Positions 37,542-50,729 of a stretch of 64,000 bases of DNA are shown here, one piece after another (position 1 is the first letter of the stretch; every line of letters starts with the position of its first letter). Location: positions 3,906,001-3,970,000 of the forward strand of contig JAGIQG010000040.1 of the NCBI GenBank assembly GCA_024679065.1, read 5' to 3'. The notes under the pieces were generated by a model. It had not been told where the DNA came from. It ran no database searches and worked only from the letters and a program-made list of their open reading frames with translations. The position numbers and the translations under genes were made by a program. This stretch comes from Sphyrna mokarran (taxonomy: Eukaryota).

Positions 37542-37679
37542 ACATGCATTTAGCTGAATTTAACTTGTTGAGTAAGGGAACAACGACAAAAAAAGGGTTA
37601 TGATGCGGTGGAATTATGTGATGGCATATGTATGAGTTCTGCAGCTATGAATATAAGTATTTGATTGGCAGTGCGAGAA

Positions 37680-37752
37680 GGATGAAGAAGATGATGATTC
37701 TGGTGATGAAGATGGAAGTGATGATCATGAGGATAATGATGATGGTGGTGGT
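37680..37752. repeat. Degenerate (GAT)n/(GGT)n microsatellite
   Basis: gatgaagaagatgatgattctggtgatgaagatg...gatgatggtggtggt. Confidence 0.7.
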
Positions 37753-38592
37753 GCACATTTAGGAAATAAAATTGCAAGATCGTTTGAATAAGGCAGGGTT
37801 AATGAAATGACGTTATTGTTCTGCACAGAGCTGACATAAAATGACTTTTGAAAGACCTCATATCACTTGAGTGAAATTTGTTGCACTAATCTGTGGCAAG
37901 AGCATCCTTCTTAGCTAAAGAAAGGAAAACCAAACAAAATGATAGACGCACGTTCCTATTAAGTGCAGAAGTGAAGTCTACTCTCCTGTTTAGACCAAAT
38001 TGTAAGAAAGTCAATAAAAAACATTTATAATCTGAGTTTTCAAAGAATCTCCCCCAAAGAAAACGCAAAACACACATTTTCCATTTTCAACTACTAAGCT
38101 TTAGTTTATTCTGTGACAAATTTGTCATGATGGCACAAAAAATAAAATAAATATAATATGGCATATCAAAATTACTTCTTGATCAACGCATAATTGAATC
38201 CATTGGCAAGAGTGCAAGTTATTCGCAGTTTTAAGGCTGACCTATATGATCGCAGAATAATTACTTGCTCACAGAGACATCAGAACAATTACGCAGCTGG
38301 AAACAAACGCCCAAATAATTTATAATTCGAACAAGTGCTTGAAAAATCAGATTAACTCCCGAGACTAATCGGAATACATAAAACAACTAGTTAGCAGCGG
38401 CAAAAGTGCTGAAATCTAACTGGGCGCATTTCACTGACGGGATTATGTGAGAATGTAGTTTTACTTTGTCGTTCATGTATTGACACATTGGGAATGAAAT
38501 TGATTCCGAGTGTATGTTTGGTGCGGGTCGTGTTTACCAGAAACATGACTAGGACACATTGGAAGACGACATTAATTTCTTGCAGGATTTTC

Positions 38593-41589
38593 CTATTTTA
38601 AGATTCTAAGCAATTTAATAAATTGACAAAAGGGGTATTTCAGCCCATTTCTTAATTCATTTCTAAATTTTTTCTGTGTCCCAGCATAAATGAATGGATT
38701 CATGCACGAACTCAAAAACTGAAGCATAAATCCTTTTTCCTCCAGGGAAAATGTTGATTCACTGGAATTGGAACCTGAAAAGTAAGTAACCTGTGCAATT
38801 CGGACATAGAGTATAGTTATAAAAAATAGCAAATATAACAAGATGAAACTGCCCGAGATGGCGAAGAGTAAAACAATCGATCGTTTCCGCTTTTCTATTT
38901 CTGGATCAGGCTGATTCTCTCCATTTCCGTGGGCTCGGAGCCTCTTACGAGCTCCACTTGCCGCAAGAATGTGTCTGACAGTCAGAGCATTGAGCAGTAA
39001 AATCAGAATGAACGGGAGAAAAGGGGTTACAATGCAACGAATCCAGTCATATACAGCCCAAGCTGCTGAGATGTAAAAAAAAGGCTTTACATTACAGAAC
39101 CAGGGCACTTTGTTAATTGTATATTTTGGTTCATATATGAAATACAAAAAGGCATTTTTTATCGAGGTCAGTGCAGCCACGATTCCTATCACCCAAGCAG
39201 CTGTCTTCTCCGTGCAATATTTCAATTTCAGCTTCTGGCAACAAATGGCAACAAATCGATCGAAGGTGAAAGTGACCGTTAACCAGGCTGAGCTGTCTAT
39301 TGCTGCAAAAATGAGCGCAGAACGGAGACTGCATACCGGCGTGATAGACAGGAAACTGAAGGGGAAATAAATGCCAGCAATCCTGTTTAATATTACAGCT
39401 GTTACAATGACTAAGAGATCAGTCACCGCCATGGACACCAGGTAGTAAGTGATACATCCAGACAGGCCACATCTTCTTCGAGAGAAGATCACAATCACTG
39501 CCAAGTTAGCTGTAATAAAGAAATGGGGAGAAAAAGAGTGTCTGTATGAATGGAGGAACCGACGAGAAACAAAATCATCCACTTTATGTTTGAAGTTATA
39601 ATTTCTTGCTGCCAGAAACTTATCCCTTATGCCGTGGAAAATTGCTATCAGTTAAAAATAATCATTTGGTTTCGAAAAATGAATAAATTTGGAATAGAAA
39701 GTATTACACTACAGTTAATTGTATATCTCAATTCATATATGAAATACAAAAAGACATTTTTATGGAGATCAGTGCAGGCACGATTCTTAGAAATTAGAGA
39801 TGTAACAAATAAAGACACAAAATTATATCACCGAAGAATGGAATAGACAAATACGAAAATACAACATCAGATAACCATGCAGAATATTGGACTGGATCAA
39901 TCACGACAAAATAGAAGAAGAATATTAACTATGAAATCTAACAAGAACACAGATTATATCTGACTGTGGATCAGAAGTACCCCGTCGCATTAAAACAAAA
40001 ATCAAATCTTTCACTAGCGAAATGTCAGTTATCGGCTTGTTCAAACTATAGAAATTAAATTGGCTTTTTTTTCATATTCCAGCTGACACTTTGAACTGGA
40101 TGCAGAATTATGTCGGGTCCCACAACTAATAATCACTTCTGCGTTTTCCTGTAATAAAACACTTCTTAAGTGCTACACAGTCCTAATGCTCAGTTTAACT
40201 GACAGTGAATATTTGGAATATAAATTGTGCACATTACCTGAGCTGATGCCAGAAGTCATGGTTACTAAATTAATGCTGCGAAAAGAACAACCCTCGACAT
40301 TGCAGCCGATGGGCGCAGAAGGAAATCCCGCAATCAACAATCGCCATCTTAGAACAAACTACAGAAGTGGATTTAGAAGAAGGGCAGCCTTGTGAAGTAG
40401 TCAGTGTGATAGGATAAGAACATAAGACATAGGAGCAGGAGTAGGCCACCTAGCCCTTCAAGCCTGCCTGCCGTTCAATAAGATCATGGCTGATCTGAAG
40501 TGGATCAGTTCCACTTTCCGCTTTCTCCCTATAACCCTTAATTCTCTTGTCTATAAGAAACCTTTCTACCGTGACTTAAATATATTCAGCGAGGTAGCCT
40601 CTACCATTTCAACGGGCAGAGAATTCCAGAGATTCACCACCCTTTGAGTGAAGAAGTTCCTCCTCAACTCCGATCTAAACTGCCCCCCATCCCCCTAATT
40701 TGAGCCTGTGCTCTCTAGTCTCGCTATCCTTTCAAAGCGAGAAGAATCTCTCTACCTCAAATCTCTCTACCTCTACCTCAAAGGATAAAGATCGAAATAC
40801 TTTTTTTCCGACTGAGGGGACATTCCAACAGTTCGCAGGTCTTTACCATGCTCTTGTACCTGTCAAAAAATATTTGCAAATCACTGTCTCTTCAACAAAT
40901 TCAATTGGATTTTTTTTTTGACTGAATATCCCTCAGAGCGAAGAGGATGATCACCAACAGTGCCATCGAGACATTAGAAATCATTGCGGAAGGAGGCGTA
41001 CGAGAGTTCAGTCGCAGCAGCAGTGCTGATGCCATATTGAAACAATTTTTTACAACAGAACCACTTTGTGATAATCGAGCTCCAATAATATTGCTAACAA
41101 TGCATTGATATTGTGATAGCAGTACGCTCATTCACTCGTAGTCAGAGCACCAAAATAACAAAAGGTGATTGTGATAAATGAAGTGTATTACACATCTGAT
41201 TTGACTATATAAGCCCGAATACTGTCAGCAAGAAGTTGATAGGGGATAGGGATGAGGGTGATTGTGAGAATTAAACAATTCATACTGCAAATATATGGCA
41301 ATGGAGAGAATAAATTATCGCCACGAATGCTGTGTCAATATTGCTAAATATAAACGCTACCATGAAAGAGAAGAAAATATACGTTTGAATGTGAAAATGA
41401 TATCCCATTGCATTGGAGAAGGAATATATGTACCGCGGAAATGCACAACTGGGAAAATGACAGTGTTAATGCAACTGAACAACGATTCACACAGTTGATA
41501 ACAAACTGCAATAAAGTACCTGGAACTCCAATAGCTGCAATGACAGGATAGTAAATCGCAAACACCAAGCCTTTTGGTATTCCGTGCAT
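38593..41589 (-). CDS. GPR139/GPR142-like class A GPCR, paralog 2 (exon 1 41520-41589, exon 2 38593-39509; 328 aa)
   Basis: MHGIPKGLVFAIYYPVIAAIGVP|gt...cag|ANLAVIVIF joins in frame. Motifs: MAVTDLL, ITPVC, SAWLTVTFTFDRFVAIC, CMNPFIY. Confidence 0.92.
40415..40760 (-). mobile_element. CR1 3' end in the intron of GPCR paralog 2
   Basis: cataagacataggagcaggagtaggcc... tail and gagaattccagagattcaccaccctttgagtgaagaagttcc (antisense of FFTQRVVNLWNSLP). Confidence 0.85.
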
Positions 41590-42589
41590 TTCAATCTGAA
41601 GCTCTGGGCGCGTTCTGCATGCACTGAAACGTGGTGAAACTTATACATGACAGCAGTCTCCTGGGAGATAATTAGAAGGTTTACGTTTAAAATGATTATT
41701 TTTGTAAAAAAACACGTTAGTACAGCACCTGGTGGACTGTTGTTTATTACTTTTCATTTAATGTAACGTTTATTTTTCATGGAACCTGATTTAACCCTAA
41801 AGTATTATGAACAGAATGATCCAAAAAAATTAATTGTGAAAATGATAAGGTTTTGTGTTATGAGCTTCGGCCAAATCAGCTAACCTCTCTCTTGACCTCA
41901 TTCCAGAATGATGCCAATGAATTGATTATTAAACAGGAACAAGTTATTTTCAAACTTTTTGAAATTTCATATCTGCTTCGTTGCAACTGTGTGCATGCTC
42001 AGTGTGGACACGTTCAGTTATGTACTGTTGTATTTGGTGTGGATATCTCCAGTTCAACATAACTAAATTCCGTGCACAGATCAGTACTGTAGTATTATGT
42101 TTGGACAGATATAGTTCACCGTAAATATGACCATCTCAGTGCAACTGCATTTAGATATTTACTGTGTGGTGTGTGTAAATGAGTGTAAAATAAACTTGTT
42201 GATGAAACATGGTAACATTCTGAGAACACAATTTCAGATATGGGTAGTTCAGTTCTCGATATCCATTATTCACTGTAGACCTATAGAGTGAGGGTCAGTA
42301 TATCATCATTGCTTTAGTGTACTTCCACTCTTATACTTTACAACTGGTAAGTGAGTTGGCAGCAACGTCTCCATACCTGGGAATTTAATCTCCGTTTCAG
42401 CTATATCAGAAGTAGATGATAAATATTATAGTAAACAAGAAACACTTAATGCACCCATTAGATTGACGTCATTTTCCCTACATGTGGGCGATATGGCAGA
42501 CGATCTGTTTCATTTTCTGTTGTCCAGTTCTTGTCTTCAGGCCACGTTGTTGATCAACAGAGAGCCACGTTTTTTAAAAAAATGTTATT

Positions 42590-43480
42590 ATCAATTTACG
42601 AGATGAGGTCTCATCCATCCCAGTTGCCCTTGAAAAAGCGTTGGTGAGTTTCTATCGTTAGTCACAGAAATCACTGAAGTATAGGCACACCCACAGTGCT
42701 GTTAGGGAGAGAATTTCAGTACTTTGACACAGTGGCATTGAAAGAGGATGATATATTTCCAAAGCAGGCTGGTAAGTGATTTGCAGGGGAACCTCCAAAT
42801 GATGGTTTTACCAAGCATATGCTGGCGTTATCTATCTAGATGGTCGTGGGTTTGGAATGTGCTGCTGAGGGGACACAGGTTTGTTCCAAGATGTAGTGCA
42901 TCTTGTCGATGGTGTATACAGTTATCACTGTGGACCGAGTTTGAGAGATTGAATACTTGTGGAAGAGGTAGCAATCAAATGACTCATTTATCCTAGATGG
43001 TGTCAAGTGTTTTGCATGCTGTTGGGATGCAGCCATTCAATCAGTTGGAGAGAATTGCATAATACAACTGACTTGTGCCTGGTGAACAGGATTGTAGAGT
43101 CAGAGTGTGAGTTACTAGCCTTTCATCTGCTCTCATAACCATAATATTTAAATGGATAGTCCTGTTGATTTTTTGATCAATGACCGAGGATGTTGACAGC
43201 AATGGAATCAACGATTTGTATTGCATTCAATGTCAAAGGACTATGGTTATAGTCCCTTTCGTTGGAGTATTTTTTATCTTGCATATGTATGGTGTCAACG
43301 TGACATGTGAATTGTCAGCTCAACCATGAAGATTGTCTAGTTCTTGCTATATATGGACAGTGTCCGCTCAAATAGCTGAAGAGCCGTAAGCTGTGCTGAA
43401 CATTATGAAGTTATTAGGCAACATTCCCACTTCTGTAATAGTTATGAAAGCCAGGTCCTTGATCAAACAGCTGAAGGTCG
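42590..43480 (-). mobile_element. Degenerate L2/CR1-group LINE fragment
   Basis: Colinear with the 4255-4960 element (gatatatttccaa, gcatcttgtcgatggtgtatac, ggatgttgacag). Confidence 0.6.
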
Positions 43481-45509
43481 TTGGACTCAGGCTTAAGAAT
43501 ATGTAATCTTTTTCATTTTATTACACAGATTCTCTAGTGGCAATCCAACAGCTGAGAGCCACTGGAATAAGACCGTGTTCTTGTTTGCCCACGCTAATAC
43601 ATCAGACAGTTCGAAGGAGGTAGGGCTGTCACAGATATAATGCACAAATGGCCTTGCACTCAACCCCAACGTGCTGCAAAATTACTCAGTTGCCTGATGA
43701 TACATCTGTTGACTTCTCGGCTCGTGAAGTTTAACATGACTAAAGATGGAAACCACAAGTATTGTGAACCCTAGACTTTAAACTGATCTTCAGCATCTTT
43801 CCCACAGCTTAGTCCTTGAGCTCAGTTTGAACAATTTAAAAATGAATCTAAATATTCCTGTAACAGTGGGAAAAAGAGCTATTTTTCGAATGTATGACTA
43901 TTTATGACCAATGTTGCTGTTTTAATATTTTTATAACAAATTTTTCATCCTTTTTTTCTTCAGCACTAATTTGATATTTTAAGTCTGAAAGATCAAACGA
44001 AATGACAATAATGCTTTACAGCTAGAACCTAAGAGAGTCTACAAATTCAAACATTAATGAATAAAAATACTTCGCCTTATAACTTTAGTTTCCTATGACT
44101 TTTATTTCATATGGTTGAAGTTCATTCTTTATTTATTAAGTTATTAATTATAGCTTTGGGACTCTAGTTTGGAAATTGAAAATATGTTGCACTGCATTAT
44201 GTCCGGACAGGCCAGTTGAACTGAAGGGAAAATCTTGCTCCACCCATTGTCAGAGCAGTTCATTCCTTAAGGACGAGTTTTGTTTGTAGTGTGCTTCTAA
44301 TCAACGAGACCATTTGGTTGTCTATTAGTGCGTGGATAATTAAGTATGCACTGGTGGGCATCAGTTATCATCTTACGCCATCCTTTAGAATTGGCAGGAG
44401 ACAGAATGATTGTTTGCTTCCCTTTCATGTTAATTAGCAATTTGCCCTCTTTCCCAATTCTAACAGCCAAACTCTCTTATATTTGTTCCACTCCGAACTT
44501 ACTGCATTGGTCTTCTACTCACTTGAATAATTCCTCTGACATACAACATGTATTCACATTTTTTTTTAACTTGTTTTCTCTATTTCACACGCCATCCGGA
44601 TAGACATAACGTAGTTTTTCTTAACTTTCAGATTTGCTGCAATGGATTGATCCTCTTCTGATATGTTTCCCTTAATGGTGACTTCTGCTCAGTCACATTT
44701 TTTGCTATCAAACATTGGTTGCCCTTTAGCATGACCTCAGCACACTCCTTGCATTTAATTCATTCATCTGCCGATTTGGATGTCCTACATCATAATGATC
44801 GTCGCTTGACTAATCATAGCATGATATCCTTGCTCAAAAGTCCTAGAGAGATAATTGGTTCACTTAGATCACGCGATTTTCAAGTGGTAGATTCATATAG
44901 CAACCAACTGGTCAAGGACTTTTCCATGAGCATAAATTGCATAAATAATTCCCTGTTTACCATTTGTTTTGATATTGCTGCCAGCGACTTTTGGATAATT
45001 AGCAGCTTTTGATATCATACCTGCTTAGTTATTTCATCATATTTAGCACAATACATCTCTTGCAAGCTTATCTCTATCATTTCCTAGCAGGTTGCTTCAC
45101 TTCAGCAATGTCCAAAACACACACGTGTTATCTCTGCCAGACTTTTATGTCTGTTTATTGGCTTCTCTCACCCTCTCTGTATCACCGTACCATATATGAG
45201 CGGAAGAGTGACCAATTTACTTCTCAACTAAAGTCAATCAGGTTTCTTCTTGTCGATCAACAACATCATTTATTTCTAAATGTGCAACTACACTCAAAAT
45301 GGTAATGAGCTTGCCAGTCCTCCTGTGCTGTCTTTTTACGCACAATTCTGGTAGCGGAATCACAAACACCCATTCCTCAGAACAATTTAGCCTCATGGAA
45401 ATTATGTTGCAAAGGCATGACTATGATGAAACTCATCAAGATTATTCATGGCTTGTGTGCAGTGATAGACATGCATTGAAAACCATTTTTCCATTCCTCT
45501 TCCTTCTTA

Positions 45510-45820
45510 GGGCGGCACATTGGTACAGTGATTAGCACTGCTGCCATAAGAAACCAGATAAACCAATTCTGGCATTGGATCTTTGTTTGGGGTTTGCACG
45601 ATCTGCCCCTGTCTGCGTGGGTTTCCTCCAGATGCTCCAATTTTTTCTCACACTCTAAAGATGTGCAGGTTATGTTAATTGTCCATGATATCTTTCCCAT
45701 AGTGTTAGGGAGATTAGCAGGGAAGATGCGTGGATTAGAGCCTGTTTGAGACTATTGTTAGTGCATGCTCAATGGGCCGAATGACCTCCTTCTGCATTGC
45801 ATATATTCTATGTTTATATG
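45510..45820 (+). mobile_element. HE1/V-SINE-type SINE
   Basis: gggcggcacattggtacagtgattagcactgctgcc head, tctgcgtgggtttcctcc core and gggccgaatgacctccttctgcattg tail. Confidence 0.85.
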
Positions 45821-46874
45821 ATTTTTCATTCTGTTTCCTTTCTAATGTCGTATTTTTTTCTCTCGTCCAATAAAACGCTATCACTTCATAACAGTCTTTA
45901 TCTCCTGTGTAATTGTATGTGCAGATATGTATACCTTGCACATTTAATTCACACCATCATAAAAGAAGGCAAAGAACCATCCCTGGGCACAAACCCATTG
46001 ATACTGGCGCCTCCTACCTTGGAATTGGTCGCCATGACACAATAATCAGAAGCCGCACCTCCTTCACCATTCCTCAAGTCTTTCAAATAACCTCAATTTG
46101 TTCTTTTCTGAGCAATGGGGTCAAATTATTTATCCAGATTTTCAAGCTTAAGTTTTTATCTATGTTGTGGGATTTTTACATACCAACCTTTAATAAACAT
46201 TCAATAATATTTGTGAATTATGTTCCATCTGTGAAAAAAATGGTTGTGAAAATGTTCCATGTTAGAGGAAAGTGCTAGGCACATCAACTGCAGAAGAGCA
46301 AGGACTTGTAGAAGTTGATATAAAACAAAATTAAACTCAACTACATGATTGTCATTGTTTAATTGGCTTTACAATAAGATTCCATAGATATTTCAACACA
46401 TTCCGAAATTCTTCTCTGAATCTACTCTGTATGCATAAATGGATTGATGTAAGAACTCAACAATTGAAGCATCATAATAATTTCGTCCAGAAAATAGTTA
46501 AATTCATTGAAATGAGAACCAGATAAATAATTGAATCTGGCAATCTGAGTTCAGAATGTTATATGGAGAAATGTATATAAGAATCTTGGATGGGAAATCT
46601 GTCAGTGAGGGCCTTAATGAACTAATAACTCGAACTATAGTGCTGGTTCGTTGTGAGCCTGTCTGTGTGGTTTTTGAGTGTGTGTATCTTTGGGTATGCA
46701 TGTAGGTTCTGGAGTGCGCTTTTTATGTGTTTATAAGGACCTGAGTACAGGTAGAATGATCCATTACTGCAGCTGTACATGGCCTCGATGAGAGAAGACC
46801 TGGAGTATTATGCGCAGTTAAGGTCATTTTGACTATGAAATCACATAATTGACTATCGTTGTTTGTGTATATAG

Positions 46875-46908
<34 letters not shown>

Positions 46909-47128
46909 GAGATAAATAGATCGAACATAGAACATTACAGCACAGTACAGGTCCTTCGGCCTTCGATATTGCGCTGACCAATGTAACCAATTTTATGACC
47001 CTCTATCCTAAACTATTCCAATGCTATCCATATGCCTATCCACTGCCCATTTGAACGCCCTTAAACTTGACGAGTTCACAACTGCTGTAGGCAGGACATT
47101 CCACGCCCTTACTACCCCCTGAGTAAAT

Positions 47129-47163
<35 letters not shown>

Positions 47164-47165
47164 TG
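46875..47165 (-). mobile_element. Short CR1 3' end (46923-47125) flanked by (GACA)n/(GATA)n/(GA)n microsatellites
   Basis: FTQGVVRAWNVLP...DRHMD plus tail; simple repeats on both sides. Confidence 0.8.
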
Positions 47166-47199
47166 AAGATATAGTGGGGGGGGGGGTGCGGTGACGGAA

Positions 47200-47700
47200 T
47201 GCGAAGCAAGTTTGCAAACTACATCAAGATTGTTAGGGTTGGTAATAGTGACAAAGATGGTTTTTGGTTACAGGAAGATATAGATGGGTTGATGAGATGG
47301 GCAGAACAGTGGCAGATATTACTTAACTTGATAATTACGAATTGATGTATTTTGCAAGAAACGAAAGAATATGAGGGATTTTTTTTTTCATGAATGCCAG
47401 GATATTTGGCAGCTCAGAGAAACAGAAGGGTCTTGGGGTAATTATTCACAGATTCATGAAATCGGCAGAACAGGTGACTAGGCCAGTTAAGAAGGCACAT
47501 TTGACGTTTGATGTCATCAGACATGGTACAATTCAAGAAGATGGTGATCTTGGAGTTGTACAGAGGGCTTTTAGGGTACAGCTGGAGTACCGTGTGCAGT
47601 TCTGATCATCGCAGCTAATAGATGTGATGGGTCTAGATAGTGTATATGAGGTTCACCAGAATGTTGCCTGGGTGCAGCATTTATGCTACGAGGAGCAAAT
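47200..47700 (+). mobile_element. Old CR1 RT fragment
   Basis: aagtttgcaaac..., WAEQWQ and RVQLEYRVQF motifs. Confidence 0.7.
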
Positions 47701-48869
47701 ACATAGGCTCGGACTTGGCCTCGACGTGAAGGCGAAGTGGGATGGATGTGGGGGTCGTGATTGGGGTTTAAATTATTATCGACTGGGTGCATAGAGACCA
47801 GACCATGCAATAGTTTCCGCATTTAATGTCTCGTGACTTTCATCTTATCAGAAAACTTTCCTATTATTATGTTTCATCTCTCCTGCAATCTCAGTATAAA
47901 CCTTGTTACATTTTCAACCATTCCCACTTGTAATGAAAGTTCATGGGGGTGAAAGATGAGCTTTGTTTCCCTGTGCACATGCACTGGTGGACATTCTAGC
48001 TTGGTCCAGCATTTTCACCTTTCACTGCAGGAGACAAGAAAGGCATTTTTTTGCTGAGTCATCCACTGAACAGCGGCTTGTGAGTGAAGGGAGTAGTCCT
48101 CACTTTGGATGTTGTCGTCAGAGAATCTGTGTGAGGTCTCGGCTCCTACTTGCCAAGTCACGGAGTTTTATTTAATTTCCTTGTCATAGATATAGTGGCA
48201 TTGGGATATAGCTATTTGTTTTGAAAAACTGAGGGAAAGTTACAGGCAATTGGTCAGCGCAACAAGCTTGTAAGAAAAGCAGGGCATTTTCAGGAGGGCA
48301 CTTTCTTTGTCGATGTCAACTTTATTGTTATCCATCAAGTCAGACGACTACATGTTTTTGCATTCAGGCAGACGGCAGCGCTTTTCTTGATATTCATTCA
48401 TGGGTTGAGGTGTCTACCCCACTGTCTGTCACTATCTACCTCTCTTAGCTTCTGCATATTTGCTTCAGTTTATTTTACTTTCCCAGTCTCTGTTGATAGG
48501 GAGATTTTAAAAATCTATGTTTCGACTGGTAAACAGCAGAATTCACATAATTTTTTTTAGCCAGGTTTAAGTTAATGCTTCCATTTAATGTTCCAGAGAG
48601 GGAGGAGTGGGTATTTCTTACGCTTGGCAAATATGCTAGTCTTTCTTGGGATTAATTTCAATATCAGTTACTGAGATCTGTTGCATTTACAAAGCTGTGG
48701 TGTGAAAGGCAAATAGTTGATTGGCAAATAGACAGCCCGATGATTGGAAGGCGGGTTTTCATTTCTTTACATTTAACTGAAAATTAGCGGTAAACTGCTA
48801 GTGATTGGGAAAGTGTCAAAAGGCAGCTCTTAACTTTTCTCGAAGATTCAAAATCTTTACAATGGATTA

Positions 48870-49640
48870 TTATTGAACTATTATTTAAACGGTAAAATGT
48901 TGCAGCATGCTGCTGTGCAGAGGAACCCGGGTGTCCTTGTGGAAGAATCTCAAGGAGTTGGTTTGCAGGTACAGCATGTAATTAAGAAGACAGATGGAAT
49001 TTTGCCCCTCATTGCTCGAGGAATGGCGTTTAAAAACAGCGACGATATGTTGCAGCTGTATAAGGCGCTGGTGAGGCTACACTTGGAGTACTGCGTATAG
49101 TTTTGGTCTCCTTTCTTGAGAAAGAATATACTGGTTCTGGAGGGATGCAGAGGAGATTCACTCGGTTGATTCTGGAGCTGAGAGTGTTGGCTTATAAAGA
49201 AAAAACTGAGTCGATTGGGGCTATACTCATTGGAATTCAGAAGAATAAGGGGAGATCTTATAGAAACATATAAGATTACGAAGGGAATAAATAAGGTAGA
49301 AGCATGAAGGTGTTTCCACTGATAGGTGAAACTAGAACTAGGGGGCATAACCTCGTAATAAGGGGAAGCAAATTTAGGAACGAATTGTGGAGGAACATCT
49401 TCACGTAAAGGGTTTTGAATCTCTGGCATTCCCTGCCCAGTGAAGCAGTTGAGGCTACCTCATGGAATGTTTTTAAACAAGGATAAATACGTTTTTGAAT
49501 AGTAAAGGAACTAAGGGTCATGGTGAGTAGATGGATAAGTGGAATTGAATTCACGAAAAGATTAGTCATGATCTTATTGAATGGTGGAGCAGGCACAAGA
49601 GGCCAAATGACCTACTCTTGCTCTTCGTTCTTGTGTTCTT
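48870..49640 (+). mobile_element. CR1 3' fragment
   Basis: LYKALVRLHLEYCV, EFRRIRGDLIETYKI and a 3' tail. Confidence 0.9.
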
Positions 49641-50477
49641 GTGAGTAATATACTAGAACACCTGCTCCAGAGACAGTAATGGACAGTCTAGAGAGCCTGG
49701 TAGTTGTGACAGAATGATGCTGTCGGAAAACTAAAGTGAAATCATGTGAGGCAAAGCTGTGGTTCAGAAGAATTCATGGAAGACGAAACCAAGTGTTCTG
49801 AGTTAATGAGACGATTATATTTAATTAAATCTAAAGGGGGAAGCAGACTGGCTGAGGTCATTGAAAAGTTTGAAATAATTTTATAGAGAATCTAGGACAT
49901 GAATGTTAAAGCAAATTTGGCCGTTTGAAACAGTGAAATCAAGTCCAAAAAAAACAAAAGAGATTTATCATGGCACGGGCTTACTGGAAAAAGTGGAGCC
50001 AGAGGTTTTGGTTAAATTCATCCTTCAAAAAGCGTCAGTTGGATTTCGAAAGGTGGATTGCTAAATCCTTTATTGCTATGAGACACCATTATAGAATGTG
50101 TTTTGGGAACGGAGCTTGGAAAATCTTATCTGACCAACAGCTGGAGACATTCGAAGGAACAATCTGCAAGCACTAACTTTGAGTGCCAAAGAGACTATTC
50201 TGGCCACACATGGTATTATTCATTATTGTTAATAATCTACCATGTGTCTATTGGTTAAAATAAAGAAGTGGCAAAAGGTAATGCACAATAATCCATTGTT
50301 CGCACTGAATAAATGTATTTTATTGTTAAAAAGAATTTCCCATCAGGTGATTCCTTTCCTTCACCTTTGCAAAAGAAAAGTCGCTGTCTTCTGAGTCTAG
50401 GGTTTGGCATCTTCCCGCCCAGTTATAACATCAACCAGGACCGTTACTATGTACCAACAGTTAGATAAGAGGTAAAC

Positions 50478-50721
50478 AGAGAGAGAGAGAGAGAGATTGG
50501 CAGATATGCACACACACGCGCACACATATACAACAAATGTAGGGAGACTGAGAGAGAGAGAGAAATACAGAAAGATAGAAAAATAGCTAGCTTGACATAT
50601 AGATAGAAAAATTGATAGATAGATAGATAGACAGACGGATGGATAGATAGACGGATGGATAGATAGGTAGATCGATAGATAGATAGATAGATAGATAGAT
50701 AGAAATATAGATAGATAGATA
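50478..50721. repeat. Compound (GA)n/(CA)n/(GATA)n microsatellite
   Basis: Tandem repeats visible directly. Confidence 0.9.
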
Positions 50722-50729
50722 GCGTCAGT

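Noticed and set aside
37680-37752. Acidic D/E-rich coding exon
   Set aside because: A simple trinucleotide repeat with no ORF or splice context.
38593-39582. Single-exon GPCR ORFs as given by the ORF track (also 25685-26578 and 54021-54929)
   Set aside because: The listed starts are intronic or non-ATG. Each gene has a homologous upstream 70-nt exon supplying the true ATG and the first half of TM1.
48950-49429. Numerous 60-160 aa ORFs antisense to CR1 ORF2 (for example 30753-31232, 36116-36472, 59738-60052)
   Set aside because: Shadow frames of LINE sequence with no independent coding evidence.
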